This document shows, piece by piece, positions 8,663 to 17,051 of a DNA stretch of 38,584 nt (the first letter of the stretch is position 1; each line of letters starts with the position of its first letter). Source of the DNA: Anaerolineae bacterium. GTDB lineage: Bacteria > Chloroflexota > Anaerolineae > B4-G1 > SLSP01. The notes beneath the pieces were generated by a model, which saw only the letters and a list, made by a program, of their open reading frames with translations, was not told the DNA's origin and did not search any database. The stretch is from positions 1-38,584 of the forward strand of contig JAGPHL010000001.1 in NCBI GenBank assembly GCA_018055515.1, given 5' to 3'. The translations under genes and the position numbers were made by a program.

Positions 8663-10915
8663 TCACCCCTCTGATTCCACCACTTCGTCCGCTGCCAGCG
8701 GCTTCATGCGAATTGTGCCGGCGGCGCCGAGCACCTCGCCCAGCTCGCGGACGGTCGCCTGCAGCACAGTCTCCACGTCGCGGGAAGCGCGCAGCCGGTT
8801 AGAGATCTCCGCCACCAGCCGTTCGCGGAAAGCGCGGCGTTGCGATTCCTCATACAGCCGGGCGCTTTCCACCGCCACATTCAGCTGGTCTACCAGGGAT
8901 TGCAACAAAGCAATCTCCTCGGCAGTCCAGGTCGTGCCGTCCCGTTTGCGCCCGTCTATCACCCCGATGACCTGATTCCGCACCTGGATGGGGATCGCCA
9001 GCGTCACGCCAGAGTCCCCGGCGGCTATCTGTCCGGTGCGCAAGGCTTCCTGCATTTCTGGGCGCCAGGTCTCGCCGGCCGGGCGCGTCGCCACCCGATC
9101 GCTCACAAATCCCAGGTTGGATGCCGAGAGCAGCAACTGCTGCCACCCTTCGCGGGTCAACTCGCCGTAAGCCCGGCGCTCGGCCTCCAGGCTTGCCTGT
9201 ACCTGCGCAAACAAACGCGCGTTGCTGATGGCAATGGCGACCTGATCTGCCACTGTCTGCATCGTACTGATGTCCTCCGGTTTGAAGGCCGCCACACGCC
9301 GGCTCTGGATGGTCAGTGCGCCAATCACCTCGCCCCGCGCCCGTAACGGCAACGCCATTTCAGAGCGGGTTTCCGGCAAATACGGATTGTCGAAGCGCAC
9401 TGCGGCTTCACCGACGTCAAGCTGAATGTCGGCCTGCCCGGTCTCCACACAGCGGCCAATCATAGATTGGCCTCCTACCTGCAAGCGCCACCCTTGCGCC
9501 AGCATCTGCTGCCCGGCCTCGCCCGTGCCTGCGCGCAGCACCGCATATTCCTTCGCGGCGTCCAGCAGAAACAGCCCGGCGTAATACAGATCAAAACGCT
9601 GCTGCACCAGCTTGACCACTTCAGGCAGCAGCTCATCCAGTTCCACAATCTCAGTAGTGGCCCGCGACACCTCAGCCGCCGCTTCCAGCAAGGCCGCACG
9701 CTCCCGCAACTCGCCGGTGCGCTCCTCGACGCGCTGTTCGAGTAACGCTCGACTTTCCTGCAATTCACTCAAACTGTGGGTCAGCTCCAGTTCAGCGCGC
9801 CGACGGCGCAGGATATTGAGGATCAGCACCACAATCACCGCAGCCAAAATCACAAAGCTCAGGCCAACAATCCCTATCAGCTGCGCATATTGCTCAAAGA
9901 ATGAGAAAGGCTTGTTGAGAATAAAACTATCGGCGGGCAAAGCGGACTCGGGAATGCCCCAGCGCTGTAACTGTGCATAGTCGAACATGTAGCGCGCTGC
10001 CGGCGACTGCACCACCGGAATGTCCTCAGGGGATACACCGCTCAAAACGCGCAAGGCCAGCTGCGCCGCCCGTTCCCCTTCAGTCATGCCGCTGGTCAGC
10101 TTGCCGCCGACGATGCCATATCCCAGGCTGAAATCCCACAGCGCATAAACCGGCGCGGTGCTGTTGGTCGCCACCAGCGGCGAGAAAACATCGTACTCAA
10201 AGAAATTCCCGGCGCTGTCGCGCGAGAAAATCGTCAGCAGCACCAGGCTGTTGTCAGGCAGGCGCCGCAGCTGCTGCAACACGGCCTCCATCGTCATGTC
10301 CTCGAGATAAGTGAAGGTGATGTCGGGATAATCTTTCTCCAGGGCCACCAGCCGCTCATGGACCCGTCGCCCCGTCACAGTCGTGTCGTTCACCACGAAG
10401 ATCTGTCGGGTCTGCGGATGCAGCTTCAGCGCCAGGTCCACCGTCCCCGCCACATCGGCGATCTCACTCACGCCGGTGAAATTCTTGTGACCTGCCAGGC
10501 GGGTCACGTCGAAATAGTTAGCGCCGCAAAAGACCACCGGCACGCCGGGGAAGAGCTCGTTGGCGTATTGAAGCAGGAAGTCCAGCGCGGCATCGTCGGA
10601 AGAGATGATCAAATCGGGCTGTCGTGTGCCATATTTCACGCGGTAGAGCTGCGCCAGCTCCTCCAAATATGCCGGGTCATCTATCCGCTTCAGGTCCATA
10701 TATTCGACCCACAGGTCAATGTCCTCCCCGGCGGAGTTGAGGACGGTCTCGATGCCGCGAGTCACATCATCCGCGAATTTATAACCCCGGTGATAGGAGT
10801 TGAGGTACAACACCTCCCGACGCGGCACAATTTGCGATTGCGACAGAGCTCTGGCAGGTATCCACACCAGGCTGAGCACCATGCCGATGATCGCCAATCT
10901 ATGCAGTAGCTTCAT
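8663..10915 (-). CDS. Array sensor: periplasmic-binding-protein-like domain, TM, signalling helix, GAF (LYY subtype), W-module, tail
   Basis: The ORF-track start at 10957 is a TTG overlapping the upstream stop. I prefer ATG 10915, which has SD GGAGG 6 nt upstream and gives the signal anchor MKLLHRLAIIGMVLSLVWIPARA. The PBP-like sensor is marked by REVLYLNSYHRGYKFADD. The TM is IGIVGLSFVILAAVIVVLILNIL and the signalling helix is LEQRVEERTGELRERAALL. The GAF reads RFDLYYAGLFLLD..LRAGTGEAGQQML..RFDNPYLPETRSEMALPL. The W-module is TREGWQQL..LAIPIQVRNQVIGVIDGRK..WTAEEIALLQSLVDQLNVAVESARLY and the tail is ERLVAEISNRLRASRDVETVLQATVRELGEVLGAAGTIRMKP. Confidence 0.88.
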   Translation of the reverse strand: MKLLHRLAIIGMVLSLVWIPARALSQSQIVPRREVLYLNSYHRGYKFADDVTRGIETVLNSAGEDIDLWVEYMDLKRIDDPAYLEELAQLYRVKYGTRQPDLIISSDDAALDFLLQYANELFPGVPVVFCGANYFDVTRLAGHKNFTGVSEIADVAGTVDLALKLHPQTRQIFVVNDTTVTGRRVHERLVALEKDYPDITFTYLEDMTMEAVLQQLRRLPDNSLVLLTIFSRDSAGNFFEYDVFSPLVATNSTAPVYALWDFSLGYGIVGGKLTSGMTEGERAAQLALRVLSGVSPEDIPVVQSPAARYMFDYAQLQRWGIPESALPADSFILNKPFSFFEQYAQLIGIVGLSFVILAAVIVVLILNILRRRRAELELTHSLSELQESRALLEQRVEERTGELRERAALLEAAAEVSRATTEIVELDELLPEVVKLVQQRFDLYYAGLFLLDAAKEYAVLRAGTGEAGQQMLAQGWRLQVGGQSMIGRCVETGQADIQLDVGEAAVRFDNPYLPETRSEMALPLRARGEVIGALTIQSRRVAAFKPEDISTMQTVADQVAIAISNARLFAQVQASLEAERRAYGELTREGWQQLLLSASNLGFVSDRVATRPAGETWRPEMQEALRTGQIAAGDSGVTLAIPIQVRNQVIGVIDGRKRDGTTWTAEEIALLQSLVDQLNVAVESARLYEESQRRAFRERLVAEISNRLRASRDVETVLQATVRELGEVLGAAGTIRMKPLAADEVVESEG

Positions 10916-10953
10916 CCAATGCCTCCGTCCTCGTCCCACAGCCCAACCAGGCC

Positions 10954-12666
10954 TCAAGCATCCGGTGTCTTGGCATCCGCAGTCGCGCCGGGGACCAGCC
11001 GCACGATCATGTCCTCCAGGTCCAACGCCTGGCGCATCTCTTCAGCCGCCGTGCGCAACATGCGCTCCAGCTCCAACGTCTCGCGGATATGACCGCTCAC
11101 TTCACCGACCAGGCGCTCACGCGCAGCGCGCAGCTGGGTGTCCCGGTACAGCCGTCCACTTTCCAACGCCACACTCAATTGCTCGGCCAGGGTTTGCAAC
11201 AACGCCATTTCCGCCGACGTCCACATCGCGCCGCCGGGCTTGCGGCCGTCAAGGACGCCGATCACCTGATCCCGCACCTTGAGCGGCAGAGCGATCGCGC
11301 TGGGGTCCGTCTCATCCGTGACGATCTGTCCCGTTTGCAATGCTGCCGCCATGCGCGGCTCCCAAACGGCGGCGGGACGGACACCCGTCACATCGCTCAC
11401 ATAAGCCGGCTCCGCCCTCTGCCGTACCAGCTCCTGCCAGGCCTCCCGCGCGCGCGCCGCATACAGATGACGCTCAGCCGTCACACTTTCTTCCAATTGG
11501 CGCAGCAGATCGGCGTTATTGATGGCCACGGCCACTTGATCGGCAATGGCCTGCAGAATGCTGACGTCTTCCCGCGTAAAAGCCTGCGGGGTTTTGCTTT
11601 GCACATCCAAAGCGCCCAGGACTTTATTGCGCACGCGCAAGGGCAACGCGATCTCGGAGCGCGTTTCCGGCAGGTCGGGGTTGTTGAAGAAAGCGGCATC
11701 CTGCCCTACATCCTGGGCGATCCGCACCTCGCCGCGCGCTACAGCGGCCCCTACGATGCCCTCCGTCCCAATGGAGAGACGATGACCGCGCGCCATCATC
11801 CGCTTTCCCCCCTCGCTGGACGCCGCCCGGAGCACAGCCCAGGTCTCCGTGGAATCCACGAGAAAGATTCCGGTGTGATAAAAAGCGAATTGCTCACTGA
11901 TAATGTCCGTCACCCGCATCAACAACGATTGAGTGTCCTGCCGCACCGCCGCCATGGCTGCCGCGATGGCGGTCGTAGCGCCCAGGTAACTCGTCCGGCG
12001 CCCCAACTCGTCGGTGCGTTGGGCGACCAAAGCCTCGAGCTGCTCACGGCGCGTCTCCAATTCCAGGTTGGATTGACGCACACGAGTCAGAGATCCACGC
12101 AATTCCCGCAATGTCTGGTCCAGAGGCCCCACGATGAGCAACAGGCTCATCGTCAACACGGCCCAGGTAGAGATGTCCGAGATAAAAAAGACCTGAGGCA
12201 AGGATCCCCCCAACGCTCGGAAGACAGCCACTCCCAAATAAGCCACACTGCTGAGCACCGACACGATCAGCGCGGCCCCAACCCCCAATAACAGCCCGGC
12301 GATCGCTACCAGGCTCGCGCTGACAGCGACAAAGGGGTTGCCGTTCGTGCTCACGACGCCGGCTCCGGTAACGATAAGCCAAAATGTCGCCACCAACAAC
12401 AGATTGCCTTCGCGCACCCGGCCCTTTTGCAACAACAGTTTGCAGGCCAGCGCCACTAGAAACAAAAGCCCAAACGCGATGCAGGAGGCCACTTTTGCCG
12501 TAAAAAACAGGAGCGCCATGCACACGCCAAAAACGATCGCCACGAACATTCCCCCCAGCAGGGAATTCAACAGGCGGGCAACCCGCGTTTTCTCCTCATC
12601 GTCCTCAAAGACAGGCGCGGCCAGGAATGCTTTCAGCCGGTCCTTAAACCCCTTGTGCTCGCTCAT
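10954..12666 (-). CDS. Array sensor: polytopic membrane domain, coiled coil, GAF (FYH subtype), W-module, tail
   Basis: ATGA overlaps the upstream gene at 12663-12666. The product has about 6 hydrophobic helices. The coiled coil is RREQLEALVAQRTDELGRRTSYL. The GAF reads QFAFYHTGIFLVD..LRAASSEGGKRMM..FFNNPDLPETRSEIALPL. The W-module is AREAWQEL..IALPLKVRDQVIGVLDGRK..WTSAEMALLQTLAEQLSVALESGRLY and the tail is ERLVGEVSGHIRETLELERMLRTAAEEMRQALDLEDMIVRLVP. Confidence 0.9.
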   Translation of the reverse strand: MSEHKGFKDRLKAFLAAPVFEDDEEKTRVARLLNSLLGGMFVAIVFGVCMALLFFTAKVASCIAFGLLFLVALACKLLLQKGRVREGNLLLVATFWLIVTGAGVVSTNGNPFVAVSASLVAIAGLLLGVGAALIVSVLSSVAYLGVAVFRALGGSLPQVFFISDISTWAVLTMSLLLIVGPLDQTLRELRGSLTRVRQSNLELETRREQLEALVAQRTDELGRRTSYLGATTAIAAAMAAVRQDTQSLLMRVTDIISEQFAFYHTGIFLVDSTETWAVLRAASSEGGKRMMARGHRLSIGTEGIVGAAVARGEVRIAQDVGQDAAFFNNPDLPETRSEIALPLRVRNKVLGALDVQSKTPQAFTREDVSILQAIADQVAVAINNADLLRQLEESVTAERHLYAARAREAWQELVRQRAEPAYVSDVTGVRPAAVWEPRMAAALQTGQIVTDETDPSAIALPLKVRDQVIGVLDGRKPGGAMWTSAEMALLQTLAEQLSVALESGRLYRDTQLRAARERLVGEVSGHIRETLELERMLRTAAEEMRQALDLEDMIVRLVPGATADAKTPDA

Positions 12667-15071
12667 TCCGCTGTCTCCTGTGTTTCAGGCACCCCCAGGT
12701 GCACGACCAGGCGTTCCAGGCCCAGTCGCGCGCGCAATTCTTCAGCCGCAATGCGCAGCATCCGTTCCAGATCCAACGTCTCACGGATGCGTGCGGTGAT
12801 CTCGCCGACCAGACGTTCCTGCTGCGCCCGGCTTTGGCTTTCCTGATACAGGCGCGCGCTTTCCAAAGCCATGCTCAGCTGCTCGGTGATGGAAGCCACT
12901 ACCGCCAATTCCTCCGGCCCCCAGGCAGCCGCGTCCTGCGGCTTGCGCAGCCGCACCAGGCCTACAAGTTGCTCGCGAATTTGCAGGGGCAGGGCCACCG
13001 TCAGCGGGTCCTCGTGAATGGGCTGCGCGAAGGAAATCCCCGCGGACGCCAGCGGCGACGCTTCCAGGGGATGCACTCCCGCAGGATCACACCGATAGCC
13101 ACGTTCCGCACGCGCGCGCAGCGTCTCCAGCCACGCCTGTTGAGTCAAATCGCCATAGGCGCGACGCTCCGCTTCAAGCGCTTCTTGCGCCTGGGTAAAG
13201 AGCCGGGCATTATCAAGCGCCACCGCCACCTGATCCGCCATGATCTGCAAGACGGCAATAGCGCTCTCGTCGAAAGCCGCCGGCTGGTCGCTCTGCACGG
13301 AGATGGCCCCCAGCACCCGTCCACGCGAGCGCAGCGGCAGTGCCGCCTCCGAGCGCGTGTCCGGCAATTCCGACGTCGCCAGGCGCACCGCGTCTACCCC
13401 CACTTCCAGGGCGATACGCGGTTGGGCATGAGCGATACTCCAGCCAATCATGCCTTCGCCAATGCGAATGCGGTGCTGCCGGGCCAACATGCGGCGTCCG
13501 GCCTCACCCGTACCGGCGCGCAAGATCGCCCACTCGTGCGCGTCATCCGCCAAAAACAGGCCGACGTAATACAGGTTAAAGCTCTCCCGAATGAGCTCCA
13601 CGACCTGGTCCAACAGCAGTTCCACATCCAAAATCTGGTTCACGACGCGCGCTACCTCTGCCGTACCGGCGAGGTAGGTAGAACGGCGCGTCAGATCGCG
13701 GGTGCGTTCGGCGACCTGCGTCTCAAGGGACGCGATCAAGTCACGCAACCGCGTCGTCATTTGATTGAAGGACTGAGCCAGCATCCCCGCCTCATCCTGC
13801 CGGCGCACGTCCACCTGCAATTCCAGCTTGCCCGCGGCGATTTCCTGCGCCGCGACCGCCAGGCGGTTGATAGGGCCGGCGATAGATCGCGCCAGCAAGA
13901 TGCTAAGGCCAATCACCACCAACAAAATCAATGCGCCGACGCCGGCAAGCGTGCGCAACATATCGGTGCGACCGCTGCCCAGCACTTCCTGGTACGCCAG
14001 GATCTCATCCTCATAAGCGGTGATGCCGATGAGCCAGTTCCACGGCTCATAATAGACAAAGCGGCTGATGCGAACGTAGGGTCGCTCTTCATCAGGAGTC
14101 TGCCAGCGGTAGGACAGGGTGCCGATCTCACCCGGCTGTAACGCGAGTCCGGCATCAATGAGCTCCCGCGCGATGTAGCGTCCATCAGGATTAGGAGTAT
14201 CCCACATGTTGACCCCATCCAGTTGTCCCCCCTCAGAAACGATGTAAACGCCCCGCTCCTCGCCTGCCGCTCCCAACACGAAAGCGTAGCCGGAATCGCC
14301 GACCCTGGTATTCAAAATAGCCTGACGCAACGACTCCACGGCCTCACGCTTGACACCCACGTAGAGCATCCCAATGAGATTTCCCAATTCATCATAGATC
14401 GGTTCATAGGCCGCCAGGTACCAATCGCCGAACACATAGACGCTGCCACGGTAAGTCTCGCCGCGCAACACCGCCGCAATGACAGGGTCAGAAGCGCCAT
14501 CAGGGCTGACGGCGGGGATATACGTGCCGATCGCGCGGCGCCCATCCGGGGTCAAGACGTTGGTCGCTACGCGAAGCATGTCTCCCGCATCATTGATCCG
14601 CTGAAAAATGGCCGCCGTGCCACCCACCAGGTCTACAATGTCATCTACGACGGGGGTACGAACTTCAGGATTGGCGTTTTCGCCCAGCCACTCCCCGCCG
14701 ACCAACATCTGCGGCAGCCGCACGGGCACGGCCTGAAGTGTGTACTGATTGACCGCTGTCCAGGCTGTTGTCCTTTCTGTAGAGAACTCCGCCGACCCCG
14801 CCTGTTCCAGAACATACCGCGCCGTGTTCAGATTCGCGTTGACTTGTCGCTGCACCGTCTCATCTTGCGCGCGCACCATGTTATAGATGCCCAACACAAT
14901 ATCGCCCAGGTCATTCAAAGCCAGCCTGGCGGCCTCCTGGTCCACCCGCTGGCTGAACACACCGCTTTGCCAGGAAGCGATGCTCCACAAGGCCAGCGCC
15001 ATGATGAGCGCCCCTCCCACGCTCAGCAGGCCGATCTTGGCACCGATCCGCAAGTCACGCCAATTGGACAT
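12663..15071 (-). CDS. Array sensor: tandem Cache extracytoplasmic domain, TM, HAMP, GAF (LYY subtype), W-module, tail
   Basis: SD AAGGAG lies 7 nt upstream of ATG 15071. The first TM is IGLLSVGGALIMALALWSIA. Two Cache-type blocks follow: GTAAIFQRINDAGDMLRVATNV..YVFGDWYLAAYEPIYDELGNLIGMLYVGVKRE and DSGYAFVLG..YYEPWNWLIGITAYEDE. A second TM precedes the HAMP (IAGPINRLAVAAQEIAAGKLELQVDVRRQDEAGMLAQSFNQM). The signalling helix is LETQVAERTRDLTRRSTYL. The GAF reads SFNLYYVGLFLAD..LRAGTGEAGRRML. The W-module begins TQQAWLET and the tail is ERLVGEITARIRETLDLERMLRIAAEELRARLGLERLVVHLG. Confidence 0.9.
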   Translation of the reverse strand: MSNWRDLRIGAKIGLLSVGGALIMALALWSIASWQSGVFSQRVDQEAARLALNDLGDIVLGIYNMVRAQDETVQRQVNANLNTARYVLEQAGSAEFSTERTTAWTAVNQYTLQAVPVRLPQMLVGGEWLGENANPEVRTPVVDDIVDLVGGTAAIFQRINDAGDMLRVATNVLTPDGRRAIGTYIPAVSPDGASDPVIAAVLRGETYRGSVYVFGDWYLAAYEPIYDELGNLIGMLYVGVKREAVESLRQAILNTRVGDSGYAFVLGAAGEERGVYIVSEGGQLDGVNMWDTPNPDGRYIARELIDAGLALQPGEIGTLSYRWQTPDEERPYVRISRFVYYEPWNWLIGITAYEDEILAYQEVLGSGRTDMLRTLAGVGALILLVVIGLSILLARSIAGPINRLAVAAQEIAAGKLELQVDVRRQDEAGMLAQSFNQMTTRLRDLIASLETQVAERTRDLTRRSTYLAGTAEVARVVNQILDVELLLDQVVELIRESFNLYYVGLFLADDAHEWAILRAGTGEAGRRMLARQHRIRIGEGMIGWSIAHAQPRIALEVGVDAVRLATSELPDTRSEAALPLRSRGRVLGAISVQSDQPAAFDESAIAVLQIMADQVAVALDNARLFTQAQEALEAERRAYGDLTQQAWLETLRARAERGYRCDPAGVHPLEASPLASAGISFAQPIHEDPLTVALPLQIREQLVGLVRLRKPQDAAAWGPEELAVVASITEQLSMALESARLYQESQSRAQQERLVGEITARIRETLDLERMLRIAAEELRARLGLERLVVHLGVPETQETAE

Positions 15072-15126
15072 GGGTTATCTCCTTACCTTACCCGGCCATG
15101 CCAGAGCCTGTAGCAGCGGGCCAGGC

Positions 15127-16989
15127 TCACGCATCTTGCTGAGCTCCTGAGGCGCCGGTGATCCATTCGGGCCCCATGTAGACTTCCGCGGCCTCTAATG
15201 CCAGGGCGCGCTGCAATTCCTGCGCCGCCGTGCGCAAGATGGTGTCCACATCCAACGTGCTGCGGATGTGAGCAGTGATGTCTCCCAACAAGCGCTCGTT
15301 GGCGGCCCGGCGGCGGGTGTCCTCATACAGCCGGGCGCTTTCCAGCGTCACACCCAACCGCTCGGCCAGGACGTTGACCAGGTTCAACTCCTGCGAAGTC
15401 CAGGCGCCCCGCGCCTCAGGCTTGCTGAGACGCACCACGCCAATCACGGCATCGCGCGACTTGAGCGGCACCGCCAGGTTTTGCGCGTCCAGCTGCACGG
15501 GGTTGCCTGAACGCATTGCCTGCGCCATGTCCGGCTGCCAATCCGCCTCCAAATTCAGGATTCGACCATCGGACAACCCGACAAAACCGCGTTTTTCGCG
15601 CCCCATCTGCTCCCAGGCAGCGCGGGTCGCCACCCCCGACGCCGCGCGCAACGCCTCCAACGCCGATTGGGTCTCGGCGTACAACCGCGCGTTGTCAATC
15701 GTCACCGCGAGCTGATCGGCCATTACCTGCAAGACCGCCACCGCTGACTCATCGAAAGCGTTGAACTTGTCGTCCTGCACCGTCAGAGCGCCGATGACCT
15801 GGCCACGCGACCGCAACGGGATCGCCGCTTCGGAGCGCGTCTCCGGCAGCTCTGGGGTGATTTTGCGGACGGCGTCAGAAGCAGCTTGTGCGGCGATACG
15901 CGCCTCCGAATTGGCAACCGCCCAGCCAATCATGCCCTCGCCGACACGCAACCGATGTCCGCGCGCCAACATGATGCGCCCGGCCTCCCCGGTGCCCGCC
16001 CGCAACACGGCCCACTCGCCGCTCGCATCCACCAGAAACAGGCCCACGTAATACAGCTGAAAGCGCTCGCGGATGATTTCCACCGACTGCGTGAGCAGCT
16101 GCTCCACATCCAAAATCGCGGTCGCGGCGCGGCTCACGTCGGCCGCCGCGAGCAGGTAGGCCGAGCGCCGTTCCAAATCGCGAGTACGGTCGGCGACGCG
16201 CGCCTCGAGGTCCGCATACGAGGCAGCCAGCTCACTGGCCATGCGGTTGAAGGTCTGCGCCAGGACGCTCAGCTCATCCCTCCCGGCTACCGGAACCGTG
16301 GCGTGCAGGTCCCCCCGCGCAAAGGCCTCCGCCCCGGCCCGTAGCTCAGCCACCGGACGCGACAAACTGCGTTCGACCGCCAGGGCCAAAAGACCGGAGA
16401 TCAGCAACGCTGCGGCCACAACGCCGATGATCAGAAAGAGCCGCCGTTGCGATTGCGCCACCAATTCCGCGCTCGAGACAGTCAGCTGTTGATGACTCTG
16501 GGCCACGATGCGCTCGATCTGCACGCCGATGTCATTCCCCAGGCGCTGAGATTGGAATTCCAGCGAGGCCACGCGCGAAACATCCCCGCTCGCCCGCGCG
16601 GCCTGGATTTCCTGAATCAACGTCGCGTACTGCTGTAAATTGTCCCGGAGCTGGCGAATCTGCTGCTGCGTCGGGTCCTCCAGCAAGGCTTGCGCCTGGG
16701 CGAGATATTCCAGAGCCCGCGCCACATCATCGGCGGCCTCATAGGGCGCGGGGACGGCGTCGCGGAGATACCGCAGCAGGTTGGCGCGGGAGGAAGCCAC
16801 GCGCACCGCCGCGCTCAACAACAGACGCTCCGCCTGCGCGTTCACCTCGACCACTTGTTGCAGTTGGGCATTGAGGCTGTTATGATCGAAGATAAACACC
16901 GGCAGCAAAATCACCACCAGCAGGATCAACGCCACAAGACTACCAAAGATCCGCGGGCGGACCGAAAAGCGGCGCAGAAAATTAGTCAT
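15127..16989 (-). CDS. Array sensor: helical (4-helix-bundle-like) periplasmic domain, TM, HAMP, GAF (LYY subtype), W-module, tail
   Basis: SD GAGGA lies upstream of ATG 16989. The first TM is IFGSLVALILLVVILLPVFIF. An all-helical extracytoplasmic stretch of about 150 aa follows, then a second TM (LFLIIGVVAAALLISGLLALAV). The HAMP is LSRPVAELRAGAEAFARGDLHATVPVAGRDELSVLAQTFNRM. The GAF reads RFQLYYVGLFLVD..LRAGTGEAGRIML. The W-module is TRAAWEQM..LAVPLKSRDAVIGVVRLSK..WTSQELNLVNVLAERLGVTLESARLY and the tail is ERLLGDITAHIRSTLDVDTILRTAAQELQRALALEAAEVYMGP. Confidence 0.9.
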   Translation of the reverse strand: MTNFLRRFSVRPRIFGSLVALILLVVILLPVFIFDHNSLNAQLQQVVEVNAQAERLLLSAAVRVASSRANLLRYLRDAVPAPYEAADDVARALEYLAQAQALLEDPTQQQIRQLRDNLQQYATLIQEIQAARASGDVSRVASLEFQSQRLGNDIGVQIERIVAQSHQQLTVSSAELVAQSQRRLFLIIGVVAAALLISGLLALAVERSLSRPVAELRAGAEAFARGDLHATVPVAGRDELSVLAQTFNRMASELAASYADLEARVADRTRDLERRSAYLLAAADVSRAATAILDVEQLLTQSVEIIRERFQLYYVGLFLVDASGEWAVLRAGTGEAGRIMLARGHRLRVGEGMIGWAVANSEARIAAQAASDAVRKITPELPETRSEAAIPLRSRGQVIGALTVQDDKFNAFDESAVAVLQVMADQLAVTIDNARLYAETQSALEALRAASGVATRAAWEQMGREKRGFVGLSDGRILNLEADWQPDMAQAMRSGNPVQLDAQNLAVPLKSRDAVIGVVRLSKPEARGAWTSQELNLVNVLAERLGVTLESARLYEDTRRRAANERLLGDITAHIRSTLDVDTILRTAAQELQRALALEAAEVYMGPEWITGASGAQQDA

Positions 16990-16997
16990 ACTTCCAT

Positions 16998-17051
16998 CCT
17001 CAACACCTACTTAGACCTCAACACCTACTTAGACCTCAACGCCTACTTAGA
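16998..17051. repeat. Tandem repeat, 3 x 18 nt (cctcaacacctacttaga; third copy has one a->g change)
   Basis: I read it directly from the sequence. The copies lie at 16998-17015, 17016-17033 and 17034-17051. The block fills the spacer between the SBP gene stop (17043-17045, inside copy 3) and the next start (16989). On the coding strand each unit reads TCTAAGTAGGTGTTGAGG, which contains stop codons plus SD-like AGGTG/GAGG. Confidence 0.95.

Noticed and set aside
12699-14141. Long plus-strand ORFs antisense to the minus-strand genes. This 480-aa ORF is one example. Others are 32095..33729 (544 aa), 18612..19883, 24889..26154, 11089..12291, 3916..5043, 2839..3873, 14223..15113, 22366..22977 and 36772..37590.
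   Set aside because: Their products are Arg/His/Gln/Gly/Pro-rich low-complexity strings with no recognisable motifs and no SD sites. Each lies fully inside a minus-strand gene that has strong domain signatures. Long antisense ORFs are expected in GC-rich DNA because stop codons are rare.
16998-17051. CRISPR array interpretation of the short tandem repeats (also 28554-28593, 34601-34670, 35127-35161, 36076-36102, 38117-38148).
   Set aside because: The units are 7-18 nt and directly abutting, with no spacers. No cas genes are present. They are microsatellite-like tandem repeats.
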